From positions 1 through 55,008 of the forward strand of contig JAYOLY010000001.1 in assembly GCA_038120575.1 (NCBI GenBank): a stretch of 55,008 nucleotides of DNA, in the 5' to 3' direction. Below the pieces are notes generated by a model that did no database searches, was not told the DNA's origin, and saw only the letters and a list, made by a program, of their open reading frames with translations. Of the stretch, positions 53,645-55,008 are shown in pieces. Position numbers and translations under genes: made by a program. The stretch is from Rickettsiales bacterium (GTDB taxonomy: Bacteria > Margulisbacteria > Marinamargulisbacteria > GCA-2716485 > GCA-002719695). The first letter of the stretch is position 1, and every line of letters starts with the position of its first letter.

Positions 53645-55008
53645 TTAATTAATAAGTAATTTTTCAGTAATTATATCCCCGCCAATCATACGATGAAGTT
53701 CAATTGTTTGATGCTTATCATCTAATATTGAAAAAGATGACGAAGACTGTTGCTTGGTAACAAGTATGTGTTGATGAGAGTGTTGGGCAATTTGAGCTAA
53801 ATGAGTGATGCAAATAAGTTGTTTAGATTCAGATAGCTGATGAAGTTTTTGACCTATATAATTTGCTGTTAACCCCCCAACGCCCGTGTCTATTTCATCA
53901 AATAAAAATAAACTTTGAGGTGCTTGATACGAAATAACGGCATAAATAGCGAGCAAAATTCTTGAAAGCTCACCCCCTGATGCAACTTTTGATAGTTCTT
54001 TAAGAGGCATTCCTTTGTTGAGTCTAATTAAACACTGAATTCGAGTTGCTCCAGAAGAATCAATTTCAGTCTCATCATAATGACATTGAAGTACAAGATT
54101 AATATCACCTAAGCATAATTGTTTGGCTTCAGAGACAATATCTTGTTCTAATTTAGACGCAATAGTGACACGACAGTCATGTAATATTTTGGCTTTTGAA
54201 CAAAGAGATTCTTTAAGTTTATTTAACTCTTGAATATAAGATTCTTGTTGGGTTGAGTATGAAAGGAGTTGCTCTTTTTTATTAACAAGATTATGTTTAA
54301 ACTCCAATAAGTCATTAATTGAATTGACTTTATATTTAAGTTTAATTTTAAACATTGTATCTAACCTTGCTTCAAGTTGATCGATGTCAATTGAGTTAAG
54401 AGAATCAAAAGAATTCAGTTGAAGCCCTACATCTCGATCAAGCTCAGATAAAATGTCTTCAATAGGAGATAATTGATCTAAATATGTCGAAAATATGGGT
54501 AAGTCAGATACAGCAGAAAGATCAGAATTTAAACGTTGAAGGTTGTTTTTTGCAGCTACACATTGATCTTGAATGGCATTAAAACTCGCAACATGTTTTT
54601 TATGGTCTTTCAGTGCCTTTTTTTTATCTTCTAGTTCAGTATCTTCATTTTCAACAAAATGATGTTGTGATATGTCATTAATTTGAAAATCAAGAAAATC
54701 AAGTTGTTGGTCTAGTTGCGTATTATTTTGAAAGGTATTAAAGTCCTGCTTGAGTTTTGCATAAGCTTTATATTCAGTGTGATAAGAATCCAGGCAAGTT
54801 TTCGTGTCTGAATCAAAAAAAGAATCAATAATGGTTAAAAGATACTGATGCTTTTCAAGCATAAGTTGATGATGTTGAGACACAATGACAGCAAAAAAAG
54901 GAGCTAGTTCTTTTAAGACTTTCGATGTAACAGGAATATTATTGATTCTAAATATGTTTTTTTGTTTATCAACTTTTCTGTAAATACAATATTGTTGAGG
55001 ATTATCTT
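53645..55008 (-). CDS. recN: DNA repair protein RecN (5' end outside the window)
   Basis: The C-terminal motifs are ASGGELSRILLA and LFLFDEIDTGVGG, preceded by a long coiled-coil. My own reading shows the frame stays open upstream of the GTG at 54883 to the window edge (…IVSQHHQLML, like the RecN GQH..Q.LL motif). Confidence 0.85.
   Translation of the reverse strand, partial: DNPQQYCIYRKVDKQKNIFRINNIPVTSKVLKELAPFFAVIVSQHHQLMLEKHQYLLTIIDSFFDSDTKTCLDSYHTEYKAYAKLKQDFNTFQNNTQLDQQLDFLDFQINDISQHHFVENEDTELEDKKKALKDHKKHVASFNAIQDQCVAAKNNLQRLNSDLSAVSDLPIFSTYLDQLSPIEDILSELDRDVGLQLNSFDSLNSIDIDQLEARLDTMFKIKLKYKVNSINDLLEFKHNLVNKKEQLLSYSTQQESYIQELNKLKESLCSKAKILHDCRVTIASKLEQDIVSEAKQLCLGDINLVLQCHYDETEIDSSGATRIQCLIRLNKGMPLKELSKVASGGELSRILLAIYAVISYQAPQSLFLFDEIDTGVGGLTANYIGQKLHQLSESKQLICITHLAQIAQHSHQHILVTKQQSSSSFSILDDKHQTIELHRMIGGDIITEKLLIN

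Noticed and set aside
1-55008. CRISPR arrays, rRNA genes, insertion sequences, prophage genes, retron/DGR reverse transcriptases, and an alternative genetic code. The Mollicute-like DUF285 repeats prompted a check for TGA=Trp.
   Set aside because: There are no spaced direct-repeat arrays or recombinase or reverse-transcriptase motifs. All confident genes read through with the standard code, with Trp as TGG and stops mostly TAA with some TAG and TGA, and they terminate at family-typical lengths.

Overview
This is a 55-kb chromosomal segment from a visibly AT-rich, Gram-negative-type bacterium. I estimate roughly one-third G+C by eye; I did not compute it. The Gram-negative call rests on lipoboxes, outer-membrane beta-barrel candidates, a DsbD-family reductase, TatA and DegP. 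Coding density is very high, with many 1-15 nt gaps or 4-nt overlaps.

Most of the window is housekeeping:
- An ~10-kb tightly coupled sulfur-assimilation operon (4054-14182): Rrf2/CymR-like regulator, cysK, ThiS-like sulfur carrier, metY, ThiF/MoeB-like E1, JAMM protease, sulfite reductase fused to a TusA-like domain, DUF2061, cysH, cysD, cysN.
- A DsbD/redoxin pair, rnhC, htpG, psd plus an untracked tatA, bioA and tRNA-Asn.
- Carboxynorspermidine pathway genes, degP, dapE-dapD, gloA, mgtC and ggt.
- An aroK-aroB-aroQ-DUF89 operon, glmS and a 5'-truncated recN.

The least ordinary content is threefold:
1. Three orphan genes (141-380, 481-~1512, 34670-35629; all minus strand) share a near-identical promoter plus 5'-leader module with a poly-T spacer. 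They encode polar, low-complexity proteins with no signal peptide. One has a U-box-like CPI..E...CP..R motif pair and recent internal tandem repeats.
2. The protein-thiocarboxylate style sulfur operon has unusual fusions and degenerate domains.
3. There are several orphan or divergent proteins: a PycTM/SLATT-like 3-TM protein, an output-less Cache sensor, a class-IV PLP-fold protein with a large insertion, and a 565-aa methyltransferase-TPR protein.

I saw no CRISPR array, rRNA, transposase, integrase or phage genes. All family calls rest on motif recognition in the supplied translations. No database search was possible.
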